DNA of 64,000 bases from an uncultured Gammaproteobacteria bacterium (GCA_963696675.1 CAVOLM010000030.1:2675-66674); one strand, 5' to 3'; counted from the first letter of the stretch, positions 9,664 to 21,711 are shown. The notes: generated by a model from the letters alone, not told the origin. Numbers and translations are program-made.

Positions 9664-9963
9664 ATGAATCGAGTTTGCCGATTGATGGCGCTGGTCATCT
9701 GCGTGGCCGGTGTCGCCGGTTGCAAGTCATTTTCCTGCAATGCGCCACCCGCCTACGGCAATGCGGACAGTATTCCGCCGTTGCAGATCCCCGGGGGCCT
9801 CGACCCGCCCGATACCCGGGGCGCGCTCAAAGTCCCGGAGCTCAGCACACCGGATCGGCCGCGCACCGACGCCGAGGGCTGTCTCGACGATCCGCCGTCA
9901 TATTTCCCGGAGCGGCCGCGCGGCGATTTTCCAAAGGGCGACCGTCCTCAGTCCAAGCCCTGA
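9664..9963 (+). CDS. Small lipoprotein in the bamC/nlpB position downstream of dapA
   Basis: MNRVCRLMALVICVAGVAGC lipobox followed by a Pro-rich unstructured sequence, 99 aa. Far shorter than canonical BamC. Confidence 0.5.
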   Translation: MNRVCRLMALVICVAGVAGCKSFSCNAPPAYGNADSIPPLQIPGGLDPPDTRGALKVPELSTPDRPRTDAEGCLDDPPSYFPERPRGDFPKGDRPQSKP

Positions 9964-10012
9964 ATTGCGTGCCGGGCACGCCTTCGGTACTCTGCGCGCC
10001 CTCAATTCGTGC

Positions 10013-10102
10013 GGAGAGATGGCCGAGCGGTCGAAGGCGCTGGACTGGAATTCCAGTAAACCGGCAACGGTTTCGTGGGTTCGAATCCCACTCTCTCCGC
10101 CA
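10013..10102 (+). tRNA. tRNA-Ser (anticodon GGA)
   Basis: GGAGAGA acceptor stem and anticodon arm CTGGA-CTGGAAT-TCCAG. It has a long variable arm, T-arm GTGGG-TTCGAAT-CCCAC, discriminator G and an encoded CCA. Confidence 0.95.
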
Positions 10103-10116
10103 CTCGAGCTTTCGAT

Positions 10117-10233
<117 letters not shown>

Positions 10234-10251
10234 TCCGATTAGAGTGTGCCC

Positions 10252-11812
10252 ATGAGTTATCTGGTTCTCGCCCGCAAGTGGCGTCCGCGTAATTTCAGCG
10301 AAATCGTCGGCCAGGAGCACGTCGTGCGCGCCCTCAGCAATGCGCTCGACAGCGGGCGCGTGCATCACGCATTTCTGTTCACCGGCACGCGCGGCGTTGG
10401 CAAGACCACGCTCGCGCGCATCCTGGCGAAGTGCCTGAACTGCGAAGCCGGTGTCTCTTCCAAGCCCGACGGAAGCTGCGCCGCCTGCCGGGAAATTGAC
10501 GAGGGTCGGTTTGTCGATCTGCTCGAAGTCGACGCAGCTTCCCGAACCAAGGTCGACGACACGCGCGAGCTGCTCGACAACGTCCAATACGCGCCGGCGC
10601 GCGGCCGCTTCAAGGTGTACCTCATCGACGAGGTGCACATGCTGTCGACTCATTCCTTCAATGCGCTCCTGAAAACGCTCGAGGAGCCGCCACCGCACGT
10701 GAAATTTCTGTTGGCGACCACCGACCCGCAGAAACTCCCGGTGACGGTGCTGTCGCGCTGCCTGCAATTCAACCTCAAACGCTTGCCGGTGACGCTGATC
10801 GCGTCGCGACTCAGGCAGATCATCGCGGCGGAGGGGCTGGAAGCCGAATCCGCGGCGATCGAGCTGCTGGCGCGCGCCGCGGATGGGAGCCTGCGCGATG
10901 CCCTGAGCCTGCTCGATCAGCTCATCGCCTTCGGCGCCGGCAGGCTCACGGAACAGAATGCCCGCGCCATGCTGGGCACTGTCGACCGCGCACACACGGT
11001 GCGGTTCCTGGAGCAGATCGCGGCAGGCGATGCCGCGGGCCTGATGAAGACGGTGTCGGCTTTGGATGATTACGCGCCGGACTATGCCGCTGCGCTCGAT
11101 GAGCTCGCGACACTGATTCAGAAAGTGGCGCTCCGCCAGGCAATTCCCGCCTACGAGGCCGGCGAATCGTTTGCAGCCGAGACTCTCGATGCACTCGCTG
11201 CCGCGATTTCCGCCGCGGACCTGCAGCTCTATTACCAGCTTGCGATCGTTGGCCGCCGCGATCTGGACCTTGGGCCCGACCAGCGCAGTGGCTTCGAGAT
11301 GGTGCTGCTGCGCATGCTGGCGTTCCGCCCGGCAGAGGCCACGGATTCCCCCGCACGTGTGCGGCGCACCGGATCGACCGAGACTGCGACCGCCACGAAG
11401 AGCGCAGAGGTGACGAACTCGAGCACACTCAACCGGTGATCCGTGGCGCGCCATGATTGCGGCTCTGGATACCCAGGGAGCGGCCCGCCAGCTGGCCATC
11501 AATTGCACCTTGCTCGCTCGTGAAGAGGGGCAGGTACGACTGTTGCTCGATCCGCGCGGTGCGCACTTTCGCACCAATCAAACGGAAGAAACCCTGGCGC
11601 GCGCGCTGAGTCGCGTGCTGGGCGCAGAGGTACAGCTGCAGATCGAACTGGCGGAGGAGGCGACGCAGACGCCGGCGCGCGAGCTGGCGCAGGCTGCCGA
11701 GGAACGACTGCAGGCGGCGCGAGTCGAACTGGAGAACGATCCCACGGTGCGGGCGCTCAAGGAAAGACTGGGCGCCACGCTGATCGCGGACTCGGTCAAG
11801 CCGCTCAACTGA
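10252..11812 (+). CDS. dnaX: DNA polymerase III subunits gamma/tau; reading frame changes between 11414 and 11437
   Basis: [47 protein letters not shown] 1 stops at 11439. The tau C-terminal domain (..[26 protein letters not shown]..) continues in the +1 frame to 11812. Confidence 0.85.
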
Positions 11813-11832
11813 GGTGCAGGGAGAGCAGAACC

Positions 11833-12156
11833 ATGAAGCCCGGACTCGGAAACCTGATGAAGCAGGCCCAGCAGATGCAGGCGAGCATGCAGAAAGCGCA
11901 GGCCGAGTTGGGCCAGCTCGAAGTACAGGGCGAATCCGGCGGCGGCATGGTGCGCGTGACGATGAATGGCCGGCACGAAGTTCGCGCCGTACAGATCGAT
12001 GCGGCCACGCTGGGTGACGACAAGGAAATGCTCGAAGACCTGATCGCTGCAGCCGTGAACGATGCCGTGCGCAAGGTCGAAGCGCGCGTGCAGGAGAAGT
12101 TCTCCGGCCTGATGTCGGGAATGGCGCTCCCGCCCGGATTCAAGCTTCCTCTCTGA
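11833..12156 (+). CDS. ybaB: Nucleoid-associated protein YbaB/EbfC
   Basis: [32 protein letters not shown], 107 aa, within the dnaX-ybaB-recR synteny. Confidence 0.9.
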   Translation: MKPGLGNLMKQAQQMQASMQKAQAELGQLEVQGESGGGMVRVTMNGRHEVRAVQIDAATLGDDKEMLEDLIAAAVNDAVRKVEARVQEKFSGLMSGMALPPGFKLPL

Positions 12157-12755
12157 TGAAGTACTCACCCGCCCTGGCGCGGCTGATCGAAGCGTTACGC
12201 ATCCTGCCCGGCGTCGGTCCGAAGACCGCGCAGCGCATGGCCTTCCACCTGCTGGAACGAGATCGTGACGGCGGCCGCGAAATTGCCGCAGCCCTGGCAG
12301 ACGTACTGGCGCGCGTCGGTCACTGCCAGCGCTGCCGCATGCTGACCGAGGAGACATTGTGTCCGCTTTGCGTGTCGACGCAGCGGGACCCGGCGCTGCT
12401 GTGCGTCGTCGAATCGCCAGCGGATGTCATTGCAGTCGAGCAGTCGGGAAGCTATCGCGGCCAGTACTTCGTGCTGATGGGGCATCTGTCGCCGCTCGAT
12501 GGCATCGGCCCGGAACAACTCGGTCTCGCGCAGCTCGAGGCAAGATTGGCGGAAGGCGGCGTCGCCGAGATCATCCTCGCCACCAACCCCACGGTCGAGG
12601 GCGATGCCACGGCGCACGTGATTGGCGAGATTGCAGCGCGTCGCGGAGTGCGCGCCACGCGCATTGCGCATGGCGTTCCGGTCGGCGGCGAGCTCGAGTA
12701 CGTGGATGGCGGCACGCTGGCACACGCGCTCGCTGGCCGTCAGGCCATGGGCTGA
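12156..12755 (+). CDS. recR: Recombination protein RecR
   Basis: [24 protein letters not shown], zinc finger [16 protein letters not shown] and a Toprim region. Confidence 0.95.
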   Translation: MKYSPALARLIEALRILPGVGPKTAQRMAFHLLERDRDGGREIAAALADVLARVGHCQRCRMLTEETLCPLCVSTQRDPALLCVVESPADVIAVEQSGSYRGQYFVLMGHLSPLDGIGPEQLGLAQLEARLAEGGVAEIILATNPTVEGDATAHVIGEIAARRGVRATRIAHGVPVGGELEYVDGGTLAHALAGRQAMG

Positions 12756-12771
12756 GCACCGGTCCAGATCG

Positions 12772-13668
12772 CTACTTGCCGGTGTTGCGGGGCCGCACTT
12801 CACGGAGCCTCGAGTGCAGTCGCAGCAACCGGCGATAACTCTCGTATCGACGCGCAGCTATGCTCCCGGCCTCGACCGCACGCTGCACGCCGCAATCGGG
12901 TTCACGCAGGTGGCGGCAATCCTGAAATCGGCACAGCGCGGCGGGCGCCGCAAATTCGCGAAATACGTGGGCCGGATCACTCAGCGACTCCAGTGCCGGC
13001 GCGTAGTCGCGCACGCCGGGTGAATCGATCAGGTCGCCGCCGCCGGGCAGGTGATGAAGCGTCGACACGCTCGTTACATGTTGTCCTTCCATCGTGCTGC
13101 GTGACAGCGCTGCGGTTTCGGCGTCGAGCCCCGGAAGGAGAGCGTTCGCAAGCGTCGACTTGCCCACCCCGGATTGACCGACCAGGACGCTCACTTCACC
13201 TTCGAGCCTCGCGCGCAGCGTTGCCATGCCGTCGCCAGTCATCGCCGAGCAGCGCGCCGTCGCGTAGCCGATCTGCGCAAACGTGGAAAGCTCGGTCTCG
13301 CAGTCATCGGACTCGACGCTCAGCTCGCACTTGTTGAGCACCACGACAGCCTTGAGGCCGTGCAGTTCCGCGGCAGCGACATAGCGATCGACGATGAAAA
13401 AGTCCGGCTTCGGCTCAGGAGCGAACATCACGATGAGCTGCGAGATGTTCGCGACGACCACCTCATTCTGACCCTGGGCGTTGGTGCGCGACAGCGTGGA
13501 GCGACGGGGCAGGCGGTCGAGAACAATGCCACTACCGGCGCTGTCGCTCAGGCGCCAGTGCACTTCATCGCCGCACACGACCTGCAGGCGCCGTGCGGAG
13601 AGCGAACAGGGCACACGACGCTCGTGCGGCGCCTCTACCATGACGTGACGACCGTGGCTTGCGATCAC
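12772..13668 (-). CDS. rsgA: Ribosome small-subunit-dependent GTPase A
   Basis: VLNKCEL, GQSGVGKSTLANALL and C-terminal zinc motif CRFQDCRHLREPDCGV. Confidence 0.85.
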   Translation of the reverse strand: MIASHGRHVMVEAPHERRVPCSLSARRLQVVCGDEVHWRLSDSAGSGIVLDRLPRRSTLSRTNAQGQNEVVVANISQLIVMFAPEPKPDFFIVDRYVAAAELHGLKAVVVLNKCELSVESDDCETELSTFAQIGYATARCSAMTGDGMATLRARLEGEVSVLVGQSGVGKSTLANALLPGLDAETAALSRSTMEGQHVTSVSTLHHLPGGGDLIDSPGVRDYAPALESLSDPAHVFREFAAPAALCRFQDCRHLREPDCGVQRAVEAGSIAARRYESYRRLLRLHSRLREVRPRNTGK

Positions 13669-13757
13669 GCGACCGACAAACGCCCTTCTTCAGGCGTTGC
13701 AAGCACTCCATCCGCTGTCTGCCGGCGGGAGTGCGTTGCGCTCACCCTGCGCGGTAA

Positions 13758-15008
13758 TCAGACAGGCTCCGGGGCACGCCGCAGCTGAGCGATGCGTGTC
13801 GGCGCCGGGGGGTGAGAATCGAAGAAGGCGGAATACAGAGCATCGGGCGTGAGTGTGGTCGCGTTGTCACGATAGAGCTTGACGAGCGCCGAGGCGAGTT
13901 GCGTCGCGCTCGCGTGAGTCGTGGCGTATCGATCAGCGGCGAACTCGTGGCGGCGCGACCAGGCAGCGCCGAAGGGCACGAGCCAGAAGGTCAGCACCGG
14001 CAGCACCAGGAAGAACAGCAGCAGAGCCATGTGCGCGGACGGTGTGGCGATGTTGAAAGTCGCGAAGAAAATCGGTTGCGTGCTGAGCCAGCCGAGGACG
14101 TAAAGACCGGCGAGTCCGAGCGCCAGCGTGATCAACATGCGCCGGCGGATGTGATGCAGTCGGAAGTGACCGAGCTCGTGCGCGACGACTGCCTCGATTT
14201 CCTCCGGCGACAAGCGCTCGAGCAGCGTGTCAAACAGGACAATGCGCTTGTTGGAGCCGAAGCCGGTGAAATACGCGTTGCCATGCGCCGAGCGGCGTGA
14301 GCCATCCATGACGAAGACGCCGCGACTGCGAAACCCGCAGCGCTCGACGAGCGCCGCGATGCGCTGCGCGAGTGAGGCATCGTTCAGCGCGCGAAAACGA
14401 TTGAAAAGCGGCGCGATGAACGCGGGATACGCCCAGGTGAGGACCACGCTGAATGCCGCCCAGGCCAGCCAGGCGTACAGCCACCAGTAGGCGCCCGCTT
14501 TGTGCATGAGCCACAGAACGAGCGCCAGCAGTGGCGCGCCCAATACGATGCTCAGCAGCATGCTCTTCAGCAGATCGCCCAGGTAGAGCCGCCAATTCAT
14601 GCGGTTGAACCCAAAGCGGGTCTCGATGCCGAACACGCGATACAGCGAGAACGGCCAGCCGACCAACGCCGTGATCAATGCGGTGCTGCCGATGACCGCC
14701 AGCCCGAGCAGGACACCGGTGAGACCTTGTGCGCGCCAGGTCGCATCCAGCAGTGACAGCACGCCGCCCCAGGTCAGAGCAACCAGCAGCACTGCGTCGA
14801 GGATCGCTTCGCCGATCGCGAGTCGCGCGTTGGCGACGGTGTAGTCACTCGCCTTGCGATGTGCCTCGGGCGGCACGGTATCGCGAAACGCTTCCGGCAC
14901 GTGCTCACGTGCCGCGCTGGCACTGGCGCCCTGACGGCTGAGGAGCCAGATGCGGCACGCGAGTGCGAGAATCAGCAGGGTGGCGAAAGATGCGGCGAGT
15001 GGACTCAT
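13758..15008 (-). CDS. M48 family membrane metalloprotease (Ste24/HtpX-like)
   Basis: Multi-pass membrane N-terminal domain, [10 protein letters not shown] zinc motif and C-terminal ..[12 protein letters not shown]. Confidence 0.8.
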   Translation of the reverse strand: MSPLAASFATLLILALACRIWLLSRQGASASAAREHVPEAFRDTVPPEAHRKASDYTVANARLAIGEAILDAVLLVALTWGGVLSLLDATWRAQGLTGVLLGLAVIGSTALITALVGWPFSLYRVFGIETRFGFNRMNWRLYLGDLLKSMLLSIVLGAPLLALVLWLMHKAGAYWWLYAWLAWAAFSVVLTWAYPAFIAPLFNRFRALNDASLAQRIAALVERCGFRSRGVFVMDGSRRSAHGNAYFTGFGSNKRIVLFDTLLERLSPEEIEAVVAHELGHFRLHHIRRRMLITLALGLAGLYVLGWLSTQPIFFATFNIATPSAHMALLLFFLVLPVLTFWLVPFGAAWSRRHEFAADRYATTHASATQLASALVKLYRDNATTLTPDALYSAFFDSHPPAPTRIAQLRRAPEPV

Positions 15009-15077
15009 GAAGCGATATTGATGCAGGCACCGGCAGCTTATCGTCTGCTAGTATTCGAACACAATCCATCGCTACAC

Positions 15078-15650
15078 ATGGCCCGAGACCCGGACAACCT
15101 GATCTGGATCGATCTCGAAATGACCGGGCTCAGGCCCGATGTCGATCACATCATCGAGATCGCCACGCTGGTCACCGACAAGCATCTGCACGTGCTCGCC
15201 GAGGGGCCGGTGCTCGCCCTGCATCAACCCGAAGCCGTGCTCGGATTGATGGATGACTGGAACCAGCGCCAGCACGGCGCCTCGGGTCTGCTGGCGAGAG
15301 TCCGTGCCAGCGCGACGACGGTTGAGGAAGCCGAGCGCATGACCGTGGCATTCCTCGACCAATACGTGGACGCCGGCTTGTCGCCGATGTGTGGCAACAG
15401 CATCTGCCAGGATCGGCGCTTCCTGGCTCGATTCATGCCCGGGCTGGAGCGCTACTTTCACTACCGCAACCTCGACGTGAGCACTCTCAAGGAGCTGGCC
15501 AGGCGCTGGGCACCAGAGGTCGCTGCCGGGTTCACCAAGACTTCCACACACCTTGCGCTCGAGGACATCCGCGATTCGGTGCGTGAGCTGCAGTACTACC
15601 GCGAGCGTCTGTTCGCGCCTTCCATTGCCGCAGCCTCCGGCATCGACTGA
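15078..15650 (+). CDS. orn: Oligoribonuclease
   Basis: [44 protein letters not shown] (DEDDh exonuclease motifs). The ATG at 15078 lies within the longer ORF. Confidence 0.9.
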   Translation: MARDPDNLIWIDLEMTGLRPDVDHIIEIATLVTDKHLHVLAEGPVLALHQPEAVLGLMDDWNQRQHGASGLLARVRASATTVEEAERMTVAFLDQYVDAGLSPMCGNSICQDRRFLARFMPGLERYFHYRNLDVSTLKELARRWAPEVAAGFTKTSTHLALEDIRDSVRELQYYRERLFAPSIAAASGID

Positions 15651-15659
15651 TCCTCGCTC

Positions 15660-16643
15660 ATGAGCGCCGAACTGGCGACCCTGGAACAGGAGCCGGATCT
15701 CGCGACCGTCCGCGCGGCGGCAGCGCGCATTCAACCCTTCGTACGGCGCACACCGCTCCTGAGCGATGAGACGCTCGATGCACAGTTCGGCGCGCGGCTG
15801 ATCTTCAAGTGCGAGAACCTGCAGCGTGGCGGGGCGTTCAAGCTGCGTGGCGCGTCCAATGCGGTATTTTCCCTCCCGCAAGCGCTCGCATCTCACGGTG
15901 TCGCGACCCATTCCTCCGGCAACCATGGCGCGGCGCTGGCACTGGCCGCCAAGCTGCGCGGCATACCGGCCGTCGTCGTCATGCCGGAGAACGCATCGGC
16001 AGTGAAGATCGCCGCTGTGCGAAGTCATGGCGCCGAAGTGATTTTCTGCCGCCCGGGCCGAATCGCACGCGAGGCGACCCTGGCGGAACTGCTCGCCAAG
16101 CGCGAGTTGAGCGTTGTGCATCCCTACGATGACTATCGCGTGATCGCCGGTCAGGGCACGGCCTGTCTCGAGCTCATCGAGCAGCATCCGCGACTCGATC
16201 TGGTGCTCACGCCAGTCGGCGGCGGCGGGTTGCTGTCGGGAACCGCAATCGTCGCACGGGCGCTCGCGCCGCAGGCGCGTGTCATCGGCATCGAACCAGA
16301 ACAGGCGGACGACGCCTGGCGCTCCTTCCGCAGCGGTGAGCGGGTACTCCTCGATGCGCCGCAGACCGTTGCCGACGGCCTGCGCTCTTCGCTCGGCGTA
16401 CGTGATTTTGCGATCATTCGACGCTGCGTCGATGACATCGTGCGTGTCTCCGAGGACGCCATCGTGCAGGCGGTGCGGCTCGTGCTCGAGCGATTGAAGA
16501 TCCTGATCGAGCCTTCCGCCGCGGTTGTGGTAGCCGCGCTCATCGAAGGACGACTCGACGTCCAGGGCCGCGAGGTCGGGATCATTCTGTCCGGAGGTAA
16601 TGTGGATCTCGATGCCGCGCATTGGCTGAGGACTCGGCCGTGA
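15660..16643 (+). CDS. PLP-dependent threonine/serine dehydratase family enzyme
   Basis: KCENLQRGGAFKLRGA (PLP lysine motif), HSSGNHGAALALAA and the glycine-rich GGGGLLSG loop. Confidence 0.8.
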   Translation: MSAELATLEQEPDLATVRAAAARIQPFVRRTPLLSDETLDAQFGARLIFKCENLQRGGAFKLRGASNAVFSLPQALASHGVATHSSGNHGAALALAAKLRGIPAVVVMPENASAVKIAAVRSHGAEVIFCRPGRIAREATLAELLAKRELSVVHPYDDYRVIAGQGTACLELIEQHPRLDLVLTPVGGGGLLSGTAIVARALAPQARVIGIEPEQADDAWRSFRSGERVLLDAPQTVADGLRSSLGVRDFAIIRRCVDDIVRVSEDAIVQAVRLVLERLKILIEPSAAVVVAALIEGRLDVQGREVGIILSGGNVDLDAAHWLRTRP

Positions 16644-17281
16644 AACGCGCGGATTGGTATTTCGACTTCATCTCTCCTTACTCGTACCTGCAATTCACGG
16701 AGTTGGCGAGGCTGCGGACATCTTTCGAGATTCACCTGCAGCCGATACTGCTCGCGGGCGTGCTCGCTCACTGGGGGCAGCTCGGGCCGGCTGAAATACC
16801 GCCCAAGCGCTCCTTCACCTATCGCCAGGTGCGCTGGCTTGCGCGACGCCGCGGTCTGCCGCTCAGCTTGCCACAGGCGCATCCGTTCAATCCGCTGCCG
16901 CTCCTGCGTCTGGCGATCCATCTCCACGTCAGCGATGAGGTCGTGGATCGGTTGTTCGCATTCGTCTGGCGCGAGGGGAAGATCCCGGATGACAAGGCGT
17001 CGTGGGATGAGCTGGTGGCTGAGCTGGGCGTCACAGAGGCCGAACGTGCCATCGCCGATGAAACCGTGAAGCAGCGGCTGCGCACCAACACCGAAGCGGC
17101 GATCGCAGCGGGCGTATTTGGCGTGCCGACGCTCGTCATCGATGACATGTTGTTCTGGGGCAGCGATTCAACGCAGATGGCGTGCGACTACGCGCTCGAT
17201 GCGGCGTCCTTCGCCGCAGATGAAATGCAGATCCGGCAACTGCCCGCATCTGCCGTGCGCAAACGGCCAGCGCCGCTGTAG
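16640..17281 (+). CDS. 2-hydroxychromene-2-carboxylate isomerase / DsbA-like thioredoxin-fold protein
   Basis: DWYFDFISPYSYL..GVFGVPTLVIDDMLFWGSD. The GTG start overlaps the upstream stop (GTGA). Confidence 0.75.
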   Translation: MKRADWYFDFISPYSYLQFTELARLRTSFEIHLQPILLAGVLAHWGQLGPAEIPPKRSFTYRQVRWLARRRGLPLSLPQAHPFNPLPLLRLAIHLHVSDEVVDRLFAFVWREGKIPDDKASWDELVAELGVTEAERAIADETVKQRLRTNTEAAIAAGVFGVPTLVIDDMLFWGSDSTQMACDYALDAASFAADEMQIRQLPASAVRKRPAPL

Positions 17282-17282
17282 C

Positions 17283-17684
17283 ATGGGCGGCGAACAGGTA
17301 GTGCACCGGGGCGGCTGCCACTGCGGCGCGGTCGCTTTCGAAGTCGAGGCACCGGCGGATCTCGAGGTGCTCGAGTGCAATTGCTCGATCTGCACAATGA
17401 CGGGTTTTCTGCACCTGATCGTGCCTGCGGGCCGCTTTCACTTGCAGCGCGGCGGCGAAGCGCTCGTCAGCTATACGTTCAACACTGGCGTGGCGCGGCA
17501 CCTGTTCTGCCGCAAGTGCGGCGTGAAGTCGTTCTACGTGCCGCGCTCCAACCCGGATGGTTACAGCGTGAACGCGCGCTGTCTCGAGCGCGATTCGATA
17601 CGCTCAGTCACGGTTCTGCCTTTTGATGACAAGGACCGCGAGCGCTCCGACGCCGCGATCCGCAATCTGTCGCGATCGAAATAG
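17283..17684 (+). CDS. GFA (glutathione-dependent formaldehyde-activating / CENP-V) family protein
   Basis: GGCHCGAV..CNCSIC..FCRKCG cysteine pattern, 133 aa. Confidence 0.75.
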   Translation: MGGEQVVHRGGCHCGAVAFEVEAPADLEVLECNCSICTMTGFLHLIVPAGRFHLQRGGEALVSYTFNTGVARHLFCRKCGVKSFYVPRSNPDGYSVNARCLERDSIRSVTVLPFDDKDRERSDAAIRNLSRSK

Positions 17685-17717
17685 GTACCAAGAGCTGTTT
17701 GAGCCGGTCATTCGGCC

Positions 17718-20104
17718 TCAATGTCCGTCCCGTCCGGCTCCTAAGCCAGCCCGGTCGGCGAGGAACAGCCAGGTTTCGACGACGGTGTCAGGATTGAGCG
17801 AAATGCTGTCGATGCCTTGCTCGACGAGCCAGCGCGCCAATTCGGGATGATCCGAAGGCCCCTGGCCGCAGATCCCGATGTACTTGCCCGCCTTGCGACA
17901 GGCCGCGATCGACATCGCCAGCAGCGCCTTCACCGCCTCGTCGCGCTCGTCGAAGGCGCGCGCGACGATGCCAGAATCGCGATCGAGGCCGAGCGTCAGC
18001 TGCGTCATGTCGTTCGAGCCGATCGACATGCCATCGAAGAACTCGAGGAACTGCTCCGCGAGCAGCGCGTTGCTCGGCAGCTCGCACATCATGATCACCT
18101 TGAGGCCATCCTTACCCCGCTCGAGCCCGTTCGCGCTGAGCAAGTTGAGTCACCTGCGCCGCTTCCTTCAACGTGCGCACGAAGGGCACCATCACCTGCA
18201 CGTTGGTCAGGCCCATGTCATTGCGCACGCGCTTCAGCGCACGGCATTCCAACTCGAAGCACGGCCTGAAGGTTTCGTCGATGTAGCGTGACGCACCCCG
18301 GAAACCGAGCATCGGATTCTCTTCGTGCGGCTCGTACTGACGCCCGCCGATCAGGTTGGCGTATTCGTTGGACTTGAAATCCGAGAGCCGCACGATCACC
18401 GGCTCCGGTGCAAAGGCGGCGGCGATCTGCGCGATGCCCTCGCTCAGCTTGTCGACGTAGAAGCTCACCGGGTCGCGATAGCCTGCCATCTGCCGGCGAA
18501 TCGATTGCTTGATCTCAGGGCTCTGCTGATCGAACTCGAGCAGCGCCCGCGGGTGCACGCCGATCATCCGGTTGATGATGAATTCGAGCCGCGCGAGGCC
18601 CACGCCCTGGTTCGGAATGCCGGCAAAATCGAAGGCCCGATCGGGATTGCCGACATTCATCATGATGCGGACGGGAGCGGGCGGGAGAGTGTCGAGTTCG
18701 ATCTGGCGCTTCTCGAACCCGAGCAATCCCTCGTAAATGTAGCCCGTGTCCCCTTCGGCGCAGGACACCGTGACCGTCCTGTCCGGTTTTCACGCGCTCG
18801 GTGGCGTCACCGCAGCCCACTACGGCTGGAATACCCAGCTCGCGCGCAATGATGGCCGCGTGGCAGGTGCGACCGCCGCGATTGGTCACGATGGCCGAGG
18901 CACGCTTCATGACCGGCTCCCAGTCGGGGTCGGTCATGTCGGCAACCAGCACGTCGCCACTCTGCACGCGCGCCATTTCCTTCACGTCGCGCACTATACG
19001 TGCCGGACCTGCACCGATGCGCTGGCCGATGCTGCGCCCACTCGCGAGCACGCGCGAGCGGTTCTTGAGCGTGAAGCGCTGGATGGAGCGACCGGCGCGG
19101 CTCTGTACCGTCTCAGGACGCGCCTGCAGGATGTAGATCCTGCCGCTCTCACCATCCTTGCCCCATTCAATGTCCATCGGGCAGCCGTAGTGCTCCTCGA
19201 TGATCAGTGCCTGCTGCGCCAGGGTGCGCAGGTCTTCGTCGTCCAGTGAAAAACGCAGCCGGTCGGCCTCAGGAACCTCGATGGTCTGCACGCGCTCGCT
19301 GCTTCCGGGCGGCGCGTACACCATCTTGATCGCCTTGCCGCCGAGATTGCGCCGCACGACCGCCTCGCGCCCGGCACGCAGGGCAGGCTTGTAGACGTAG
19401 AACTCGTCCGGGTTGACCGCTCCCTGCACGACGGTTTCGCCCAGGCCATACGAGGCGGTGATGAAGACGACGTCCCGGAACCCGGAGTCGGTGTCGAGCG
19501 TGAACATCACGCCGCTCGTGCCCAGATCGCTCCGTACCATGTGCTGCACGCCGATGGACAGCGCCACCTGGTTGTGATCGAAGCCGTGGTGCACGCGATA
19601 GGCGATCGCGCGGTCGTTGAACAGCGAGGCGTAAACGGCGTGCATCGCGGCGAGCAGATTGTCGCGACCGCGAACATTGAGAAACGTCTCCTGTTGACCG
19701 GCGAATGACGCTTCGGGGAGATCCTCTGCGGTCGCCGACGAGCGCACCGCGACGGCGACTTCGCCGCCCGCATTCATTCTGCTCCAGGCACTGAGCACTT
19801 CGTTCTGCAGGCGCTCCGGGAAAGGCGTATCGAGAACCCAGCCGCGGATCCGCGCGCCGGTTTCCGCGAGCCTGGTGACGTCCTCTACGTCGAGCTCACG
19901 CAGCGCCTCGGCAATGCGTGTCGCCAGGCCGCCCTGAGACAGGAAGTCGCGGTATGCCTGGGACGTCGTGGCGAATCCGTCTGGCACCGAAACCTGCAGG
20001 CGGGCGAGGTTGCGGATCATCTCGCCGATCGAGGCATTCTTGCCGCCGACGACTTCGATGTCGCCCATACCGAGCTGATCGAACGGCAGAATGTAGGAAC
20101 TCAA
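17718..20104 (-). CDS. ppsA: Phosphoenolpyruvate synthase; two frame breaks (about 18775 and 18140)
   Basis: TTG start at 20104 follows GAGGAG. Motifs are [43 protein letters not shown] and [22 protein letters not shown]. Three ORFs are collinear with one PpsA. Confidence 0.9.
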
Positions 20105-20208
20105 GCTTGCTCCTCGCAGCTCAATGGTCGATCGCGGCAGAAACGCTTGTCTCGGACGCCGGGAGAGTGGAACACTCCGCTGCAGGATGGCCGGGTGAAC
20201 GAGCTGCC

Positions 20209-21033
20209 GTGAACCGCAGAACCGTTTTTTTCGTCTCAGACCAGACCGGCGTGACCGCGGAAACCATGGGGCACAGCCTGTTGACGCAATTCGACCGCCT
20301 GGAATTTCGGCCGGTGACTTTGCCATTCATATCGACGCTTGACAAGGCGCAGGAGGCGGTGCGGAAGATCAACCTGGTCGCCGAGCAGGAGGCCGTGCGC
20401 CCGATCGTGTTCAGCACGCTGGTGCAGGACGAATTGCGCGCCATTGTAAAAGAGGCCAACGGGCTGTTCCTGGATTTCTTCGATGCATTTCTCGGGCCGC
20501 TGGAAACCGAGCTGGCAGTGCGTTCTTCGCACACCAGCGGGCGTGCGCACAGCATGGCGGATCTGAACTCCTACACGATGCGCATCAACGCCACCAATTT
20601 CGCGCTGGCCAACGATGACGGCGCGGGCGCACGCGACTACGAGCATGCTGATCTGATCCTGGTCGGCGTGTCGCGTTCCGGCAAGACGCCGACCTGCCTG
20701 TACATGGCGCTCCAGTACGGCGTCTTTACGGCGAACTTCCCGCTCACCGAGGAAGAGCTGGAAACCAGGGCATTGCCGACTCCTCTGCGTGCCCACGTGC
20801 GCAAGTTGTTCGGGCTCACGATCAAGCCCGAACGCCTGCAACAGATTCGCAACGAACGACGCCCCGGCAGCCGCTACGCATCGGCACCACAGGTTCAGTA
20901 CGAGGTGCGCGCGGCCGAAGCGCTGTTCGATCGACAGGGAATTCCCTACCTCGACACGACGGAGTGTTCCATCGAGGAAATCTCGAGCCGCATTCTCGAC
21001 CGCACCGGCGTCGAGCGCCGCGTGCGCCCCTGA
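20209..21033 (+). CDS. ppsR: PEP synthase regulatory protein (bifunctional kinase/pyrophosphorylase, DUF299)
   Basis: [32 protein letters not shown]. The gene is divergent from ppsA, with a GTG start at 20209. Confidence 0.9.
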   Translation: MNRRTVFFVSDQTGVTAETMGHSLLTQFDRLEFRPVTLPFISTLDKAQEAVRKINLVAEQEAVRPIVFSTLVQDELRAIVKEANGLFLDFFDAFLGPLETELAVRSSHTSGRAHSMADLNSYTMRINATNFALANDDGAGARDYEHADLILVGVSRSGKTPTCLYMALQYGVFTANFPLTEEELETRALPTPLRAHVRKLFGLTIKPERLQQIRNERRPGSRYASAPQVQYEVRAAEALFDRQGIPYLDTTECSIEEISSRILDRTGVERRVRP

Positions 21034-21110
21034 AAATTCTGCGCATCGAAGCGTGAAATGCATCGCAGAAGGCGCGCGGAGCGCGCGCATGGCTGTGCTA
21101 TATTCAAAAC

Positions 21111-21617
21111 ATGGACGGTGATCAGCTGTGTGCGGTTTCGTGGCGCTCGCGGCCCGGAACGTTCGTGAGTCTGATGACGCTCTATGAGAGCAATTACATC
21201 AGGCTCCGCTGGATCCTGTCCGCTCCTGAAGTCGTGAAAGGGCATCTGGTTTCCAACGCGCCCGGCGACGTAGGCCTGCACCTGCAGGTGCTGGAGCGGT
21301 GCCGCTTCACTACCACGTTGAGATTGAGCTATCTGCTGGAGAGCAGCAGTGGGCCGGTGCTCACGCCCGACATGCAGGTGCGCGTGTATCACGATGCGCG
21401 GCTCGCCGAAGCGTGCAGTTGCACCGGCTGGCGGCGCGCGGCGGCGTTTCGCCAACAGCTCGGAGTGCACATGCGCGATCTGGGCGAAATGCGCCGCGAG
21501 ATGGGTGAGCGCTGGGCGCGCAACATGCTGCTGAACAAGTGGCTGGAGTATTGCGCCGAGCGAGGCCATCGATTTGAAACGGCGGTGCGCCCGGGGAAGG
21601 CGGGCGTTGCGTGCTGA
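21111..21617 (+). CDS. DUF1249 (YqiB-like) protein
   Basis: LYESNYIRLRWIL, VRVYHDARLAEACS and NKWLEYCAERGH parallel E. coli YqiB (VRLYHDAMVAEVCS, ADWLRYCLAHG). Confidence 0.6.
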   Translation: MDGDQLCAVSWRSRPGTFVSLMTLYESNYIRLRWILSAPEVVKGHLVSNAPGDVGLHLQVLERCRFTTTLRLSYLLESSSGPVLTPDMQVRVYHDARLAEACSCTGWRRAAAFRQQLGVHMRDLGEMRREMGERWARNMLLNKWLEYCAERGHRFETAVRPGKAGVAC

Positions 21618-21711
21618 CGGTAGAATGACAACGCGCATCAGCGCGGATGTGCTGACATAGCGCCCTCGAAATTCACTTCTGACAGCACCTGAAGGTCAAA
21701 GGGTCGGGCAC

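Noticed and set aside
11414-11437. Programmed ribosomal frameshift or transcriptional slippage in dnaX
   Set aside because: There is no A-run or slippery heptamer and no obvious stimulatory structure, and the direction needed is +1. The background indel rate in this contig makes an error more likely. It is kept only as a low-interest finding.
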